Source: Octopus sinensis | Taxonomy: Eukaryota | DNA: 64,000 nt | Reading direction: 5' to 3' | NCBI RefSeq assembly: GCF_006345805.1 | Contig: NC_043008.1 | Location: 54,436,001 to 54,500,000 of the forward strand | Shown: in pieces, positions 50,325-63,636 of the stretch | Position numbering within the stretch: position 1 is the stretch's first letter | Layout: each line of letters begins with the position of its first letter | Notes under the pieces: model-generated | Told to the model about the DNA's origin: nothing | What the model saw: the letters and a program-made list of their open reading frames with translations, nothing else | Database searches by the model: none | Translations under genes and position numbers: made by a program

Positions 50325-52061
50325 AAAAACATGTTATTATTTTTCTAAATTAAGGTGGCGAGCTGGCAGAATCCTTAGCACACTGGGCAAAACACTTAAC
50401 AACATCTTCTCCATCTTCCCATTCTGGGTTCAAGTCCCACTAAGGCCAACTTTGCCATTCGTGCTTTTGGGGGTTGGTAAATTAAGTACCAGTTGCATAC
50501 TGGGGATCGATGTAATCAACTTAACCCCTTCTCCAAAAAAAAAAAAAATTGCTGGCCTTGTGCTAAAATCTAAAATCATTATTTTTCCTGGCAGAACTAG
50601 ATCCCGTGGTTGTAAAGCAAGGCTCTTAATCACATAGCCATACCTATGCCTATGAAAAATTTCTTTTTGGAGGTGGGGAGGGGTCAAAGGTCAAACTACT
50701 TGGACCAGTATCATCATCATCATCATCATCATCATCGTTTAACGTCCGTTCTCCATGCTAGCATGGGTTGGACGGTTCAACCGGGGATCTGGGAAGCCAG
50801 AAGGCTGCACCAGGCTCCGGTCTTATCTGGCAATGTTTCTACAGCTGGATGCCCTTCCTAACGCCAACCACTCCGTGAGTGTAGTGGGTGCTTTTTACGT
50901 GCCACCTGCACTGTATCTAAATATAAATTACTGACCAGTCAAAGATTAAAATACAAGATTACCCCCACCCACACCCACACCGTCATCCTTGTTTGCTTTC
51001 ATTTATCTCCCATCTGAATATTTTAATATTTACTCTTGTTAAAATTGCAATGGAGATATATTAATAACTTGCTTATGAGCTTTCGCTTTACAAGCGTTCC
51101 CCAAGAACGAATTAACTCCTATATCTAATTCTGTATTGCCCACAAGGGGTTAAGTATAGAGAGGACAAAGAATGACAGACAAAGGGACTAAGTCGATTAT
51201 ATAGACCCCAGTGCATAACTGGTACTTATTTAATCGACCCCCGAAGGGATGAAAGGCAAAGTTGACCTCGGCGGAATTTGAACTCAGAAAGTATAGACAG
51301 ACGAAATACCTATTTCTTTACTACCCACAAGGGGCTAAACATAGAGGGGACAAAGAATGACAGACAAAGGGGCTAAGTCGATTACATTGACCCCAGTGTG
51401 TAACTGGTACTTATTTCATCGACCCCGAAAGGATGAAGGGCAAAGTTGACCTTGGCGGAATTTGAACTCAGAACGTAGCGTCAGACGAAATACCTATTTC
51501 TTTATTACCCACAAAGGGTTAAACACAGAGAGGACAAACAAGGACAGACAAACAGATTAAGTCGATTATATCAACCCCAGTACTCGACTGGTCCTTAATT
51601 TATCGACCCTGAAAGGATGAAAGGTAAAGTCGACCTCGGCAAAATTTGAACTCAGAACGCAGCGGCGGACGAAATACCACAAAGCATTTTGCCTGGCGTG
51701 CTAACGGTTCTGCCACCTCGCCACCCTCGCAGAACCATAGCAGCAGACGAAATACCGCTAAGCATTTCACCTGGTGTGCTAACGATTCCTATATCAAGAC
51801 ATTACTGTACATCAAGAATCTGAATTAATGTGTGGATGGGATTGAAGGGAAGACAGAGGTCAAAGGTTAAAGGTGTGAAGGAGGTCAAAGGTGTGAAGGA
51901 GGTCAAAGGTGTTTGGTATATCTGTGTCAGTCAGAACCCTGTGTGTGTGTGCACGCTCATGTGCGTGTGTGTGTGTGGAAGATGTTGATATTTCATAGTT
52001 TAAAAGTAAGAGACTATGAAAAGACAAACCAATAGGCTAAACAGTCCACTAGAAAACCTAC

Positions 52062-52198
52062 CTCAGGTCAACATATTTCAGTTTCTTCATCTCGGCATTA
52101 AAGCCACTAGTTGTCTCAATTAAATTGCTGTTGAGCTTCAGTTCTTCTAAATTAACCAGGTCCAAAACCCATTCAGTGCATATGATCTTATTTTGACC
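52062..52198 (-). CDS. LRRC23: LRRC23-like paralog B, 137-nt LRR exon (phase 0 to 2); upstream exons not found in window
   Basis: GQNKIICTEWVLDLVNLEELKLNSNLIETTSGFNAEMKKLKYVDL(R) vs human AQNMLKKVEGLEDLSNLTTLHLRDNQIDTLSGFSREMKSLQYLNLR (from memory); AG/GT. Confidence 0.9.
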
Positions 52199-54622
52199 CT
52201 ACAAATATAGACAACAAAGAAATGGATTAAGCATAGATCATCTTTTGCCATCAATCTTTCACGCTGACATGGGCTGGGCCTGGAGATAAAAGTTGGGAGA
52301 TGAAAATACTGTAGTTGCTAGTATCTTAATAGGATGCACATTCACACACGAAAAACTCCTACTTGCTTTTGAGGTAAAAACAAATTTAATGTTTCATCTT
52401 GTATTACAGTCACATTAGATGCATGGCAATTTTTACGCTTAAGAATATAAAAAAAGCACATCTTATACACTGGCATGTAGCTTGAACCTTGTGGTGTGCG
52501 ACCAATTGAGGTACTTGGTGCTGAATTGATGTTTTTTCTTCTTTCTTCCACCATGTCATACGTGTCATGTTCCAATAAATATAAAAATTGTAATTTGTAT
52601 AATAAAGAAAAACACATCAAATTTTGGCTCATGGCATATTATGGGGAAGGGATCATCATCATCATCATCATCATCGTTTAACGTCCGTTCTCCATGCTAG
52701 CATGGGTTGGACGGTTCGACCGGGGTTCTGGGAAGCCAGAAGGCTGCACCAGGCTCCAGTCTAATCTGGCAATGTTTCTACAGCTGGATGCCCTTCCTAA
52801 CGCCAACCACTCCGTGAGTGTAGTGGGTGCTTTTTACGTGCCACCTGCACGGATAAGTCGATTAAATCGACCCCAGTGCTTGATTGGTGCTTATTTTATC
52901 AACCTCCAATTGACCTCAGCGGAAATTGAACTCAGAATGTGAAAATTGATGCAATAACACCAAGTATTTCATCTGATTTTTTAACAATTCTGCTACCTCA
53001 CCAACTTGGCACATATAGTAATAACCCTTTCTACTAAAGGCACAAGGCCTGAAATTTTGGGGGAGGGGACTAGTCGATCGCATCAACTTAATTTATCAAC
53101 TCTGAAAGGATGAAATGCAAAGTCGACCTCAGCGGAATTTGAACTCAGAACGTAAGGACAGATGAAATACTGCTAAGCATTTTGCCCAGTGTGCTAACGA
53201 TTCTTTCCTACTCTAGGCACAAGGCCTGAAATTTTTTGGAAGGTGGGGGTCAGTGGATTAGATCGACCCCCAGTACACAACTAACTGGTACTTATCGACC
53301 CTGGAAGGATGAAAAGCAAAATCGACCTCGGCAGAATTTGAACTCAGAACATAGAGACAGACGAAATACTGCTAAGCATTCGGCCCGGCATGTCAGCTCA
53401 CGGCCTTCACATGTATAATAACAATCTTTTCTACTCTAGGCACAAGGCCCGAACTTTGGGGGAATTAGATCGACCTCAGTACACAACTGGTACTTAATTT
53501 ATCGACACCGAAAGGATGAAAGGCAAAGTTGACCTCAGATGAAAAACCACTAAACATTTCACCCAGTGTGCTAACGTTTCTTATTTATTTACTGCCCACA
53601 AGGGGCTACACACAGAGGGGACAAACAAGGACAGACAAACGGATTAAGTCAATTATATCGAACAACAGTGCGTAACTGGTACTTATTTAATCGACCCCGA
53701 AAGGATGAAGGGCATAGTCGACCTCGGTGGAATTTGAACTCAGAACGTAAAGACAGACAAAATACTGCTAAGCATTCCACCCGGCGTACTAATGTTTCTT
53801 ATTTCTTTACTGCCCACAAGGGGCTACACACAGAGGGGACAAACAAACGGATTAAGTCGATTACAGCGACCCCAGTGTACAACTGGTACTTAATTTATCA
53901 ACCCTGTAAGGATGAAAGGCAAAGTCGACCTCGGCGGAATTTGAACTCAGAACGCTGAGTATGTCGCCGCCGCCTTCACCTGTATAGTAATAATGATAAC
54001 ACTTAAGGCAGCGAGCTGACAGCATCGTTAGCAACCATACCTGCACGAGTGTAAGTTTATTTCAGGAAGCATCAAAACGAATAAGAATTAACAATTAAGA
54101 TAAGAGATGATGTAACATTTTCGCCACAACGGTTACAAGTACAAATTGAAACCACTCTGGCAATATTATACAAATTGATTTTTAAATTATTGTGCAAGAG
54201 AAGTTTTAATACAAGGGAGACGACTTGTGAAAGACCAGTCAAAAGGGAGACAACTTTATTGAACTAATTTGGGTGAAATTTGAGAAGAGACTATAGTTGA
54301 TTTACATCGACCTCAATACTCAACTGGTATTTATTTTATCGACCCCGAAAGGATTAGATGCAAAGATGGCCTCGGCAGTATTTGAACTCAGAACGTAAAG
54401 CCGGAAGAGATGTCGCTAAAAAGCATAAGCGCACCCCCTCACACACATACACACACACACACGACGGTCTTTCAGTTTTCGTCTACCAAATCCACCTCAC
54501 AAGGCTTTGGTTAGTCCAGAGCTATGGAAGAAGACACTTGCCCAAGTTGTCATGCAGTGAGACTGAACCCAGAACCATGTCCTTAGGAAACAAGCTATTC
54601 ACCAAAAAACCATCCCTGCTCC

Positions 54623-54660
<38 letters not shown>

Positions 54661-54689
54661 ATATATATACACATACATTTATATATATA

Positions 54690-55077
54690 CTAGCAGTACC
54701 GCCCGGCATTGCTCGGGTTTGTAAGGGAAATAACTATATAAGCATTTTTAGAGAGTTATAGCCAAATAATAGCCAAAAAATGCATTAAAAATGGGAAAAA
54801 AATGATGGGAAAAATTTTTTTAAATCGTTGACTCATCGTAGACATTTTTAGAGAGTTACTTCCCTTATATAATAGCGAAAAAATGCATTAAAATGGAAAA
54901 AAAATTATGGTAAATTTTTTTTTAAATCGTAGACTCATCGTAGACGCGCGCTAATACCCAGAAGGGCTCGATATGAATCACGACTTTGTACCGCAAACTG
55001 TACCGCAAAATGTGGGAGTAGTTAGGAATATAAATCGTAGGAGACAGACACACAACTTCACTTTTATATATAAAGAT
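54690..55077 (+). mobile_element. Helentron-like (DINE-1/Lep1-style) non-autonomous element
   Basis: CTAG start, CCCGGCATTGCTCGGG hairpin, (CAGA/CA) tract then TTTATATATAAAGAT end. Confidence 0.65.
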
Positions 55078-55699
55078 ATATATACATATACACATATGTA
55101 TGTGTAGGTGAAAGCACATGGGTCAGAGTGTCAGGTTCACAATCACGAGGTAGTGAGTTCAATTTCCAGACCAGGGTGTGTGTTGTGTTCTTGAGCAAGA
55201 CACTTTATTCCACATAGCTCCAGTTCACTCAGCTGTAGAAATGAGTTGTGACATCACTGGTGCCAAACTGTATCGGTCTTTGCCTTTCCCTTGGATAACA
55301 TCAGTGGTGAGGAGAGGAGAGGCTGGTATGCATGGGGCGACTGCTGGTCTTCCATAAACAATATCGCCTCAGAGGAGAACTTTCCAGGTGCAACCCATGG
55401 TCAGTCATAACTGAAAGGGGGTCCTTTATGTGTATGTGTGTGTGTGTGTAAGTGAGAAATCATTTAGTAATGTACTACAACAAACAGATGTATACCACTT
55501 TATGTACAAACTCCACTGAGTTGGAGTATATTTGTGAGACAGGTTCAAGTCTCTGTCAAGTTAGCATCACTTTCTCATCATGTCTTTATTTTTAGAAAAT
55601 ATAGTTTTTAATGAAGGATGTAAAAATATAGTGAAAATCACTTCTAATATCTTAAGAAGGGTCAATGCTTAATTTTAGTTTAACTCTTTTATTACTATA

Positions 55700-56080
55700 C
55701 TAGCAGTATCGCCCGGCATTGCTCGGGTTTGTTTCGACCCTTTAGAATTGGAATTTTTGAAAAGTAAAAATTTTGCATTATTCTCTTTAAGTGAACATTT
55801 TTCTGGTTGAAATACACTGAAAAATGGTGACACAACAGTCAAAAAATCGTAAAAAATAGGGATTTTCATAGAAAAAAAAGCACCTTTTTGATGTAAATAA
55901 TTTTTGTGTTAACATGGTCAGATTTGAATTTTTTCTTCTACGGAAGGAAGAGCAAGCCTTCTTCTATCACAATCTCAATTTTGGTCAACTTGCATCGCAG
56001 GGTCTCGGAGGAGATAGTGTTAGTTGAAGGCTACCAAACCTGCCACACACAGACAACTTCAGCTTTATATAGAGAGAGAT
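55700..56080 (+). mobile_element. Second Helentron-like element with the same 5' end; a related 5' end is at 62771-62800
   Basis: CTAGCAGTATCGCCCGGCATTGCTCGGGTTTGT start; ends CTTTATATAGAGAGAGAT. Confidence 0.65.
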
Positions 56081-56379
56081 TTCTTTTGAAATACAAAACT
56101 TTCAGTTCAATTAATTTTGAAGATTATTAAGAATTTAATAAATAAATTTTCTCATTATTCAGCTGGTATTTAAAACCTAAATTAAAGTGAAATGTTGATG
56201 GATAGTTTTAATTTAGGTCATTTTAAAAAAGGGAACTTATATCAGAGAACCAAGGGCAGTCTCAGATGGGTTGGTATTATAAGAGTTAGAAGAGTGAAGC
56301 AAAAAAGGAGATAAATGTATTACCTGAATACAACATCTGTTGATATTAACATTAACAGTCCCCATATGATCTGGGCTAC

Positions 56380-56650
56380 TTATGATATCTATAACACACT
56401 GGTCTATCATGATATCATGATGATATCATGATATCTATGATATGACACTGGTCTATGATATCACCTGCATAAGACACCAGTCTATGTTATATCTATGATA
56501 AGACACCAGTCTATATTATCAGTAAAATTCCCTGTATGGTGGTTGTGGTCATAAGACTCAGTTATGATCATAAGACTCTGGTCTGTTAAGATGATAAGAC
56601 CCTGGTCTGATATGATAATAAGACCCTGGTCTGATATGATGATATCTACG
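56380..56650. repeat. Degenerate minisatellite (GATAAGAC(A/C)C(T/A)GGTCT(G/A)T-like unit)
   Basis: Recurrent ~25-30-bp motif. Confidence 0.7.
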
Positions 56651-57759
56651 ATCACACGCTGGATTATGCTAACTATGATGAGATACCACTCTGTATTAAC
56701 AGTTACATTCCTATAACAAGTCCATGAATATTCAAACATGAAAAGACTTATGATATAAAGAAATGCATCTTTGCTTAAACACATGCACTGAGGGGTTTGT
56801 ACTCCATCTCCAAAGACAAGAATCAATGTCTAATCAGGCAATGAAGCAGCTCTGTAGGTATTTCGGTCCCTTACACTACAAAAACTTACGCACAACAGCA
56901 TGAGTTTTGCTGAATCAGATTTTGTGACTCTAGGCCAGATGTTCCTAACCATCCTCAATACTCATTCTTGCTGCACCACATGGCCCCTCTGTTGGGCCAA
57001 ATGTAATATCTTACTTTTTCAGCAGCTTCCAATAATTTTCTGGCAACACCTTTCCTCTCTTTCACAGCTTTTCTGAGACTCCTGAGCATCAAGTGAACCC
57101 TGGTTCTATCAAATTCTTAATATAGAATTTGGCTGTTAAATGGTAAGGGACATTGAAAACCTCTAGAGCATTATTAATCTCTATTCCCCCTACTCCACTA
57201 ACTTCAGCCTACTAGCTTTTTGCTATGATACATTCAAATACATCAAAATTGAATTCCTCAAAATGAGGATGGGTTTATGGTTTTGACATTTGTACTACCC
57301 CTTCCTTTATCTATAAATAGAAAAATGTCTTGTTTGTCTCCATTCAGCCAAGAATAGAAAAAAACCCTCCCCACTGATAGATCTAAATAACAAAGTGAAC
57401 TCAATGATAAAAATCTACAGATGGAGAATGAACATACTACTATGATGTTCTTAAGAATGAAATCAACCTCTCTGTCTATATATCTACCCTCTTTGTAATG
57501 TTGGCAAATGAAATAGGGATAAGAATGTGCATTGTCCGTTTAATTGGAAAATTCTATATGTGGCTGAAGATTGCTCAACATTTTAAAACTGATGTAATAC
57601 TTAGAGTGTTTAATAAAATGAAGTAGCATGAAACAATTGTACTACTCTACCTTTGATATCCTTGTTGCTTATTTTGATCATAATCACCCCATTTCATTTA
57701 TATGGATAATACCATACAAAATTCTGGTGCCTTTAACTTAAGTACCATATTTGTCTGAA

Positions 57760-57793
<34 letters not shown>

Positions 57794-57879
57794 CATATAT
57801 GTATGTGTACCCATGCGTGCATGGAAAGCAGACCTTAAACAATGATGATGATGATATATATATGTGTGTGTGTGTATAT

Positions 57880-57935
<56 letters not shown>

Positions 57936-58347
57936 CAGGGATGTGCTGCCTAGGTAGGCAAAGTAAGCAGTGCCTATCTTGAATAAAATAGATTAATAGC
58001 AACATTTTCCTTTTATGGCAAAATATGCAGCTAATTCAATAAAATTATGAAGGTTACTCTGATTATTATCCATAAAATGCAACATGTTTTATTATTATTT
58101 TTTTTTTTTGTAGATTAGGTAAGCATAATTTGCCCCTGCCTTTCAATCTCAGTATTTAAGCTATGCATAGTACTGCTGCAGTACACATGCTGCATACACT
58201 TCTACAACACCATTTTCTTTACGTGCTATAAAGGCAGAAGTAAATCTGCCTTCAACTCAATCACACATTGTGTTTCGCTTATTTTTTTGTGTATACATAA
58301 AGGTCACCAACTGCCTATCCTGAGTAATTACTGACAGCACATGCCTA

Positions 58348-58394
<47 letters not shown>

Positions 58395-58489
58395 CCCCCT
58401 CTCTCTCTCCCTCTCTCTCTCTCTTCCTCTCTCTTTCTCTCTCTCTCTCTCTCTATACATATATATATATATATATATATATGGATCTA

Positions 58490-59295
58490 AGAGGCATCAG
58501 ATGTGATGTGCAAGAGAGACGACTGCGCTGGTATGGTTATGTGGCGAGAATGGATGAGGATAGCTGTGTGAAAAAGTGCCACACCCTGGCGGTTGAGGGA
58601 ACCTGTGGAAGAGGTATACCCAGGAAAACCTGGGATGAGGTGGTGAAGCACGACCTTTGAACATTAGGCCTCACTGAGGCAATGACTAGTGACTGAGACT
58701 TTTGGAAACATGCTGTGCTTGAGAAGACCCGGCAAGCCAAGTGAGACCATAACCTTGTGGCCTATGCCAGGGGTGTAAGCAGCCAACTTATGCGTATCTT
58801 TCCTTCATTGAACACTAAATTCTGCTTGCGAAGACCTACTGAGGCAAGTGAAATCAAAATCAAATCAAATTCGATGACTGGCACCCGTGCCAGTGGAGTG
58901 CTAAGAGCACCATCCAAGCGTGACCATTGGCAGAGCAGCTGACTGGCTTCTGTGCTGGTGGCATGTAAAAATGCCAATGTCCCGTGAAAAAGCATTCAAG
59001 CGAGGTTGTTGCCAGTGCCACTGGACTGGCTCCTGTGCAGGTGGCACATAAAAAACACCAGTTGTGCATGGCTGTTGCCAGTACCACCTGACTGGCCCTC
59101 ATGCCGGTGGCACGTAAAAACACCCACTACACTCTTGGAGTGGTTGGCGTTAGGAAGAGCATCCAGCTGTAGAAACTCTGCCAGATCAGATTGGAGCCTG
59201 GTGCAGTCATCTGGTTTGCCAGTCCTCAGTCAAATCATCCAACCCATACTAGCATGGAAAGCAGACATTAAATGATGATGATGATGATGATGATG
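58490..59295 (+). mobile_element. 5'-truncated RTE-clade LINE
   Basis: RRLRWYGYVARMDEDSCVKKCHTLAVEGTCGRGIPRKTWDEVVKHDL then 3' UTR and (GAT)n tail. Confidence 0.82.
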
Positions 59296-60114
59296 GTATA
59301 TATATAAGTTTGTCGTTGTTTGTTTGTTCCTTCTCGAGCCATGCCTGGCTTATAGGGCCAGTTTCCTGGTTTCCTTGGTGCATAGGTTCCCCACCTGGAC
59401 AGGACGCCTGTCCATCGCAGGTCCGTGGGTCCGCTGCTCTAACCACTAGGCCATGTGCCTCTCTCTCTCTCTCTCTCTCTCTCGCTATCTCTATCTATAT
59501 ATATATATACACACACACATACATGCTGCCATGTAAAATGCCCTTGTGCCAGTACCACCTAAGTGCACCCATGCTGGTGGCATGTAAAAGGTACCCAGCA
59601 CAATCTGTAAAGTGGTTGACATTAAGAAGGGCATCCAGCCACAAAAATCAGGCTGAAACAGAGAGATGGAATCTGGGCAGCTCCCCAGTTGACCACCTCC
59701 TGTCAAACTGTGCAACCAACCCACTAACAGAATTAAATGATGATGATGGTGATGATGATGATGGTGATGATGATGGTGAAGATATGATGGGCTTCTTTCA
59801 GTTTCTGTCAACTGAATCTACTCACAAGGTTTTGGCCAGCCCAGGGAGTAGAGTAAGAAAAAAAAACTTGCCCAAGGTGCCACACAGTAGGACTGAACCG
59901 AAGCTCACGTAGTCGGGAAACGAGCTTCTCAGACCACACAGCCATGCCTGTGCCTGCCACACACACACACACACACACAAACACTCTGCTACTTCAGTAG
60001 TTTGTAGAAATGCAATAAATCCCTTTAACAAGACAGAACAAGGTAAGAAGAAGAAATATATATATATATATACATATATATATGTATGTATATGTATAGA
60101 AATATATTATATAA

Positions 60115-60157
<43 letters not shown>

Positions 60158-60171
60158 CATGTATTTATATG

Positions 60172-60203
<32 letters not shown>

Positions 60204-60669
60204 TATATAACCATGCTAGCATGGAAAGCGGACGCTAAATGATGATATATATATATAACCTTATTTCTTTTTGGTTTTGTTTTTTGTTTTTGAATTTTGT
60301 TTTTTGTTTTTGTTTTTTGTTTGATTGTTTTTTTGTCTTTTTCTCCTTTGAAAAATCAAATCAAGGAGAAAACGATGTCTTGAAATATCAAAGACAGAAA
60401 AAGAATTTCAAATTGTTGCATGAATAATTGTTTCTTTCTTCTTCGTTTGGTTTTTTTCCGCTTAGCCATCAAAATAACAAGCAGCACAACAAGAACAACA
60501 GCAACAACAACAACAATATAACAGAGCAATGAAAATTGAGAAATAACAGCGATAATAACTAAAAAGATGTCTGCTGTAATCTGACGACTATTTTTGATAA
60601 AGGAGGGAAATCAGATTAAGTTTGTAATTAATTAATAAAAAAACAAAACTATTTGGAAGACATCCAAAA

Positions 60670-60830
60670 TAATAATTACAATGATGATGATGATGATATT
60701 GATGATAATGATGGTGGTGGGGTGGTGGCGGCGGTGGTGGTGGTGGTGGTGGTGGTGACAACGATGATGACGATGACAATGATAATGATGATGATGATGA
60801 CGATGACGATGGTGGTGGTGGTGGTGGTGG

Positions 60831-60875
<45 letters not shown>

Positions 60876-60918
60876 CGATGACGATGGTGGTGGTGGTGGT
60901 GGTGATGATGATGATGAT

Positions 60919-60955
<37 letters not shown>

Positions 60956-61038
60956 GATTTCTTTTATTGCCACCAGGGCGAAAGATTTTAATAATATGAC
61001 TAATAATAATAATGATGATGACCGTAATAATAATAATG

Positions 61039-61086
<48 letters not shown>

Positions 61087-61152
61087 TAATAATAATAAAA
61101 TAATAATAATAATAAAATAATAATAAAAATAATAAAATAAAAATAAAAAATG

Positions 61153-61191
<39 letters not shown>

Positions 61192-61260
61192 GTAATAATA
61201 ATAACAATAAAATAACAATGAAATAATAATAATAATAATAATTAAACGATGATGATGATA
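60670..61260. repeat. Compound (GAT)n/(GGT)n/(AAT)n microsatellite
   Basis: Directly visible. Confidence 0.95.
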
Positions 61261-61354
61261 AATAGCCACCCACTCCTGAAGGTGAGAAAGAAAAAAATGG
61301 CATAAAATCAATGTTTTGAGACATGCATCATCATATTGGTTGTATATTCTTTAC

Positions 61355-61447
61355 CTTTGGATTGTGGCTGTTTTTAGGAAGATAAGGAGCTTATGGCTTG
61401 GTTTATCATGTATCGGTGGGTCACTGTGGAGGTTTTTTGATGAATGA
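61355..61447 (-). other. Candidate spliced exon of an unidentified minus-strand transcript
   Basis: ttttcctctgtag acceptor and gtaaag donor; a 79-nt intron follows, ending in a strong acceptor at 61276; phase-0 reading is SFIKKPPQ*. Confidence 0.35.
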
Positions 61448-63299
61448 CTACAGAGGAAAAGCGGAGGAAGGACAAGGGAGGGGGGAGGGGACATTGTAAT
61501 AGAGTGAGCAAGAGACAGAGAGAGAGAGAGCCAGAAAAGTCTTGTTTTCAACAGATTTTCTGGTTCAATCCTACATAAAGGAGATTTAAGTTTTTCATTT
61601 TTTCTTCCATTTGATTTTGTCTGTTTTTTTCTCACAATCAATCATATGAGACCAAGTTAGTAGTAAGTAGTAGTAGTGGTAGTAGTAGTGGTATAGTAGG
61701 TGGTAGCAGCACATCATAGTAGTAGTAGTAGTATTATGTAGTAGTAAGTAGTAGTAGTAGTAGTAGTAGTAGTAGCAGCAGCAGCAGCGTATAGCAGTAG
61801 TAGTGGTGGTGGTGGTGGTGGTGGTGGTGGTGGTAGTAGTAGTAGTAGTAGTAATGGTTTCAAATTTTGGCACAATTTCAGAGGAGGGGCAAAATTGATG
61901 ACATTGACGACCCCCAGTGCTCAACTGGTACTTATTTTATTGATCCCAAAAGGATAAAAGGCAAAAATGACCACAGCGGAATTTGAACTCAAAATGTAAA
62001 GAGGCAAATGAAATGCCATTAAGCATTTCACCTGGCGTGCTAACAATTCTGCCAGCTCGCGCCACCTTAATAATAATCCTTTTTACTAAAGGCACAAGGC
62101 CGGAAATTTTGGAGGAGGGGATTAGTCAATTACATCAACCCCAGTGTTTCATCTTGGTGTCGACCTATCTCTTTTGGACAGTAAATTTTGGTCTGAAAAT
62201 TTTGACTTGTATACCAGAAAATGCAATAACTGTGCAATCAATGCTAGTCTTCAGTGTAAGTACCTACATCATTTAGACTATTTGTGATATCCATGGTGTG
62301 AGTAAAGACCAGATTTGAACACATGGAATAAAGCACCTTCGAAAAGTGTCTTGGTGCGACTATGAAAGGTATCTAATCAGAGGCGGTAAATTCACCACAA
62401 TAGAAGCAAGGCTCGAGTCAATGGAGAGTGCAAGGGAGTATTTGACTCGAACTTGCGAAGTGGAAATATTTTATTTTTACCTTTTTTGCGGGATGTAGGA
62501 CGTCCCGCAAAAAAATTTTAAATGCCCCCCCTCCCCCCGAAGTAGAGGTAGGCTGGATTGTAGCCACACTTCTATACAAGAGGGAGGACAAGATACAATT
62601 GATCGAAATTACAAGAGACGGGCTACAATTCCAGTCTGTTATATATTTTGAGTATTGTTATCACTAGCGATATCAAGATATAACTTTGTATTTTGTATTT
62701 TATGTGTAGATGTATATATATAGATGTACATGTAATATGTACACATATATATATATACATATATACATGCACTAGCACTATGACCCGGCAACGACGGGTC
62801 TTTACTCACACCATATTTTCCAGAATACAAGTCAGCATAGTATATAGGGCAAACATGTGTAAACATTCAAATATCGTTATTATTTTTCCAAATCTTGTGG
62901 CATTTCACACAGAATCTTTGGTCCTCTAAAGTTGTCTCGGTGTAAAAACTGACCGATCGTTTTTTATTGTAAATTTTCATCTGAAAATGTCAACTTGTAT
63001 GCCAGAAAATATGATACGTAGAACATCCAAAGAAAACTGTCTCCCTTCAGATTTTTTTCACTATTTTGTTCACCACACAACTTCTTCCTCCATAGCTATG
63101 AAAAATGCCTCCTCCTCCTCCTAACCAAAGGAGTACAGCAGGGTAGTCCTTACAATGGAGTTGCATCCATCCTACATGTGAAACGACTGGACATTAATGT
63201 CCAATTTTAATGATGGACATTAAAACTAGATTTTACATAAATGCTCTGAGAAGGGAAATGAGCAGAGACAAGACAAGGATTCTTTCAGATAATGAATCA

Positions 63300-63467
63300 C
63301 ATGTATGGATATACATGCAACCATGTGTCTTATGTATGGATACATGTAGCTATGTCTCATGTATGGATCTATATGTAGTTATGCGTCCTATGTATGGGTA
63401 TACATGTAGCCATGCGTCAAATGCATGAATACATGTAGCCATGTATTATATATATATATATATATAT

Positions 63468-63532
<65 letters not shown>

Positions 63533-63595
63533 TAGAAAGATAGATAGAGAGATTGATAGATAGATAGAGAGAGAGAGAGAGATAGAGAGAGAGAG

Positions 63596-63636
<41 letters not shown>

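Noticed and set aside
51125-51785. Regularly spaced repeats resembling a CRISPR array
   Set aside because: Whole 184-bp SINE units with no unique spacers and no cas genes
52342-52632. 96-aa ORF as an upstream exon of LRRC23-B
   Set aside because: No LRR pattern and no convincing acceptor
56880-57420. Possible R4/Dong-like retroelement relic (GRG and WL motifs) or an exon ending ...LLEAAEK
   Set aside because: Similarity too weak and interrupted by stops to call without a profile search
58105-58125. ttttgtag-ATTAG-gtaagc, a 5-nt microexon pattern on the plus strand
   Set aside because: No plus-strand host gene found; lies in a probable MITE (approx. 57935-58350)
60632-61324. 230-aa ORF and overlapping poly-L/H/M/N ORFs
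   Set aside because: Translation of trinucleotide microsatellites; no domain content
62482-62514. Bidirectional rho-independent terminator-like hairpin
   Set aside because: Eukaryotic context with no bacterial genes; kept only as an unexplained hairpin
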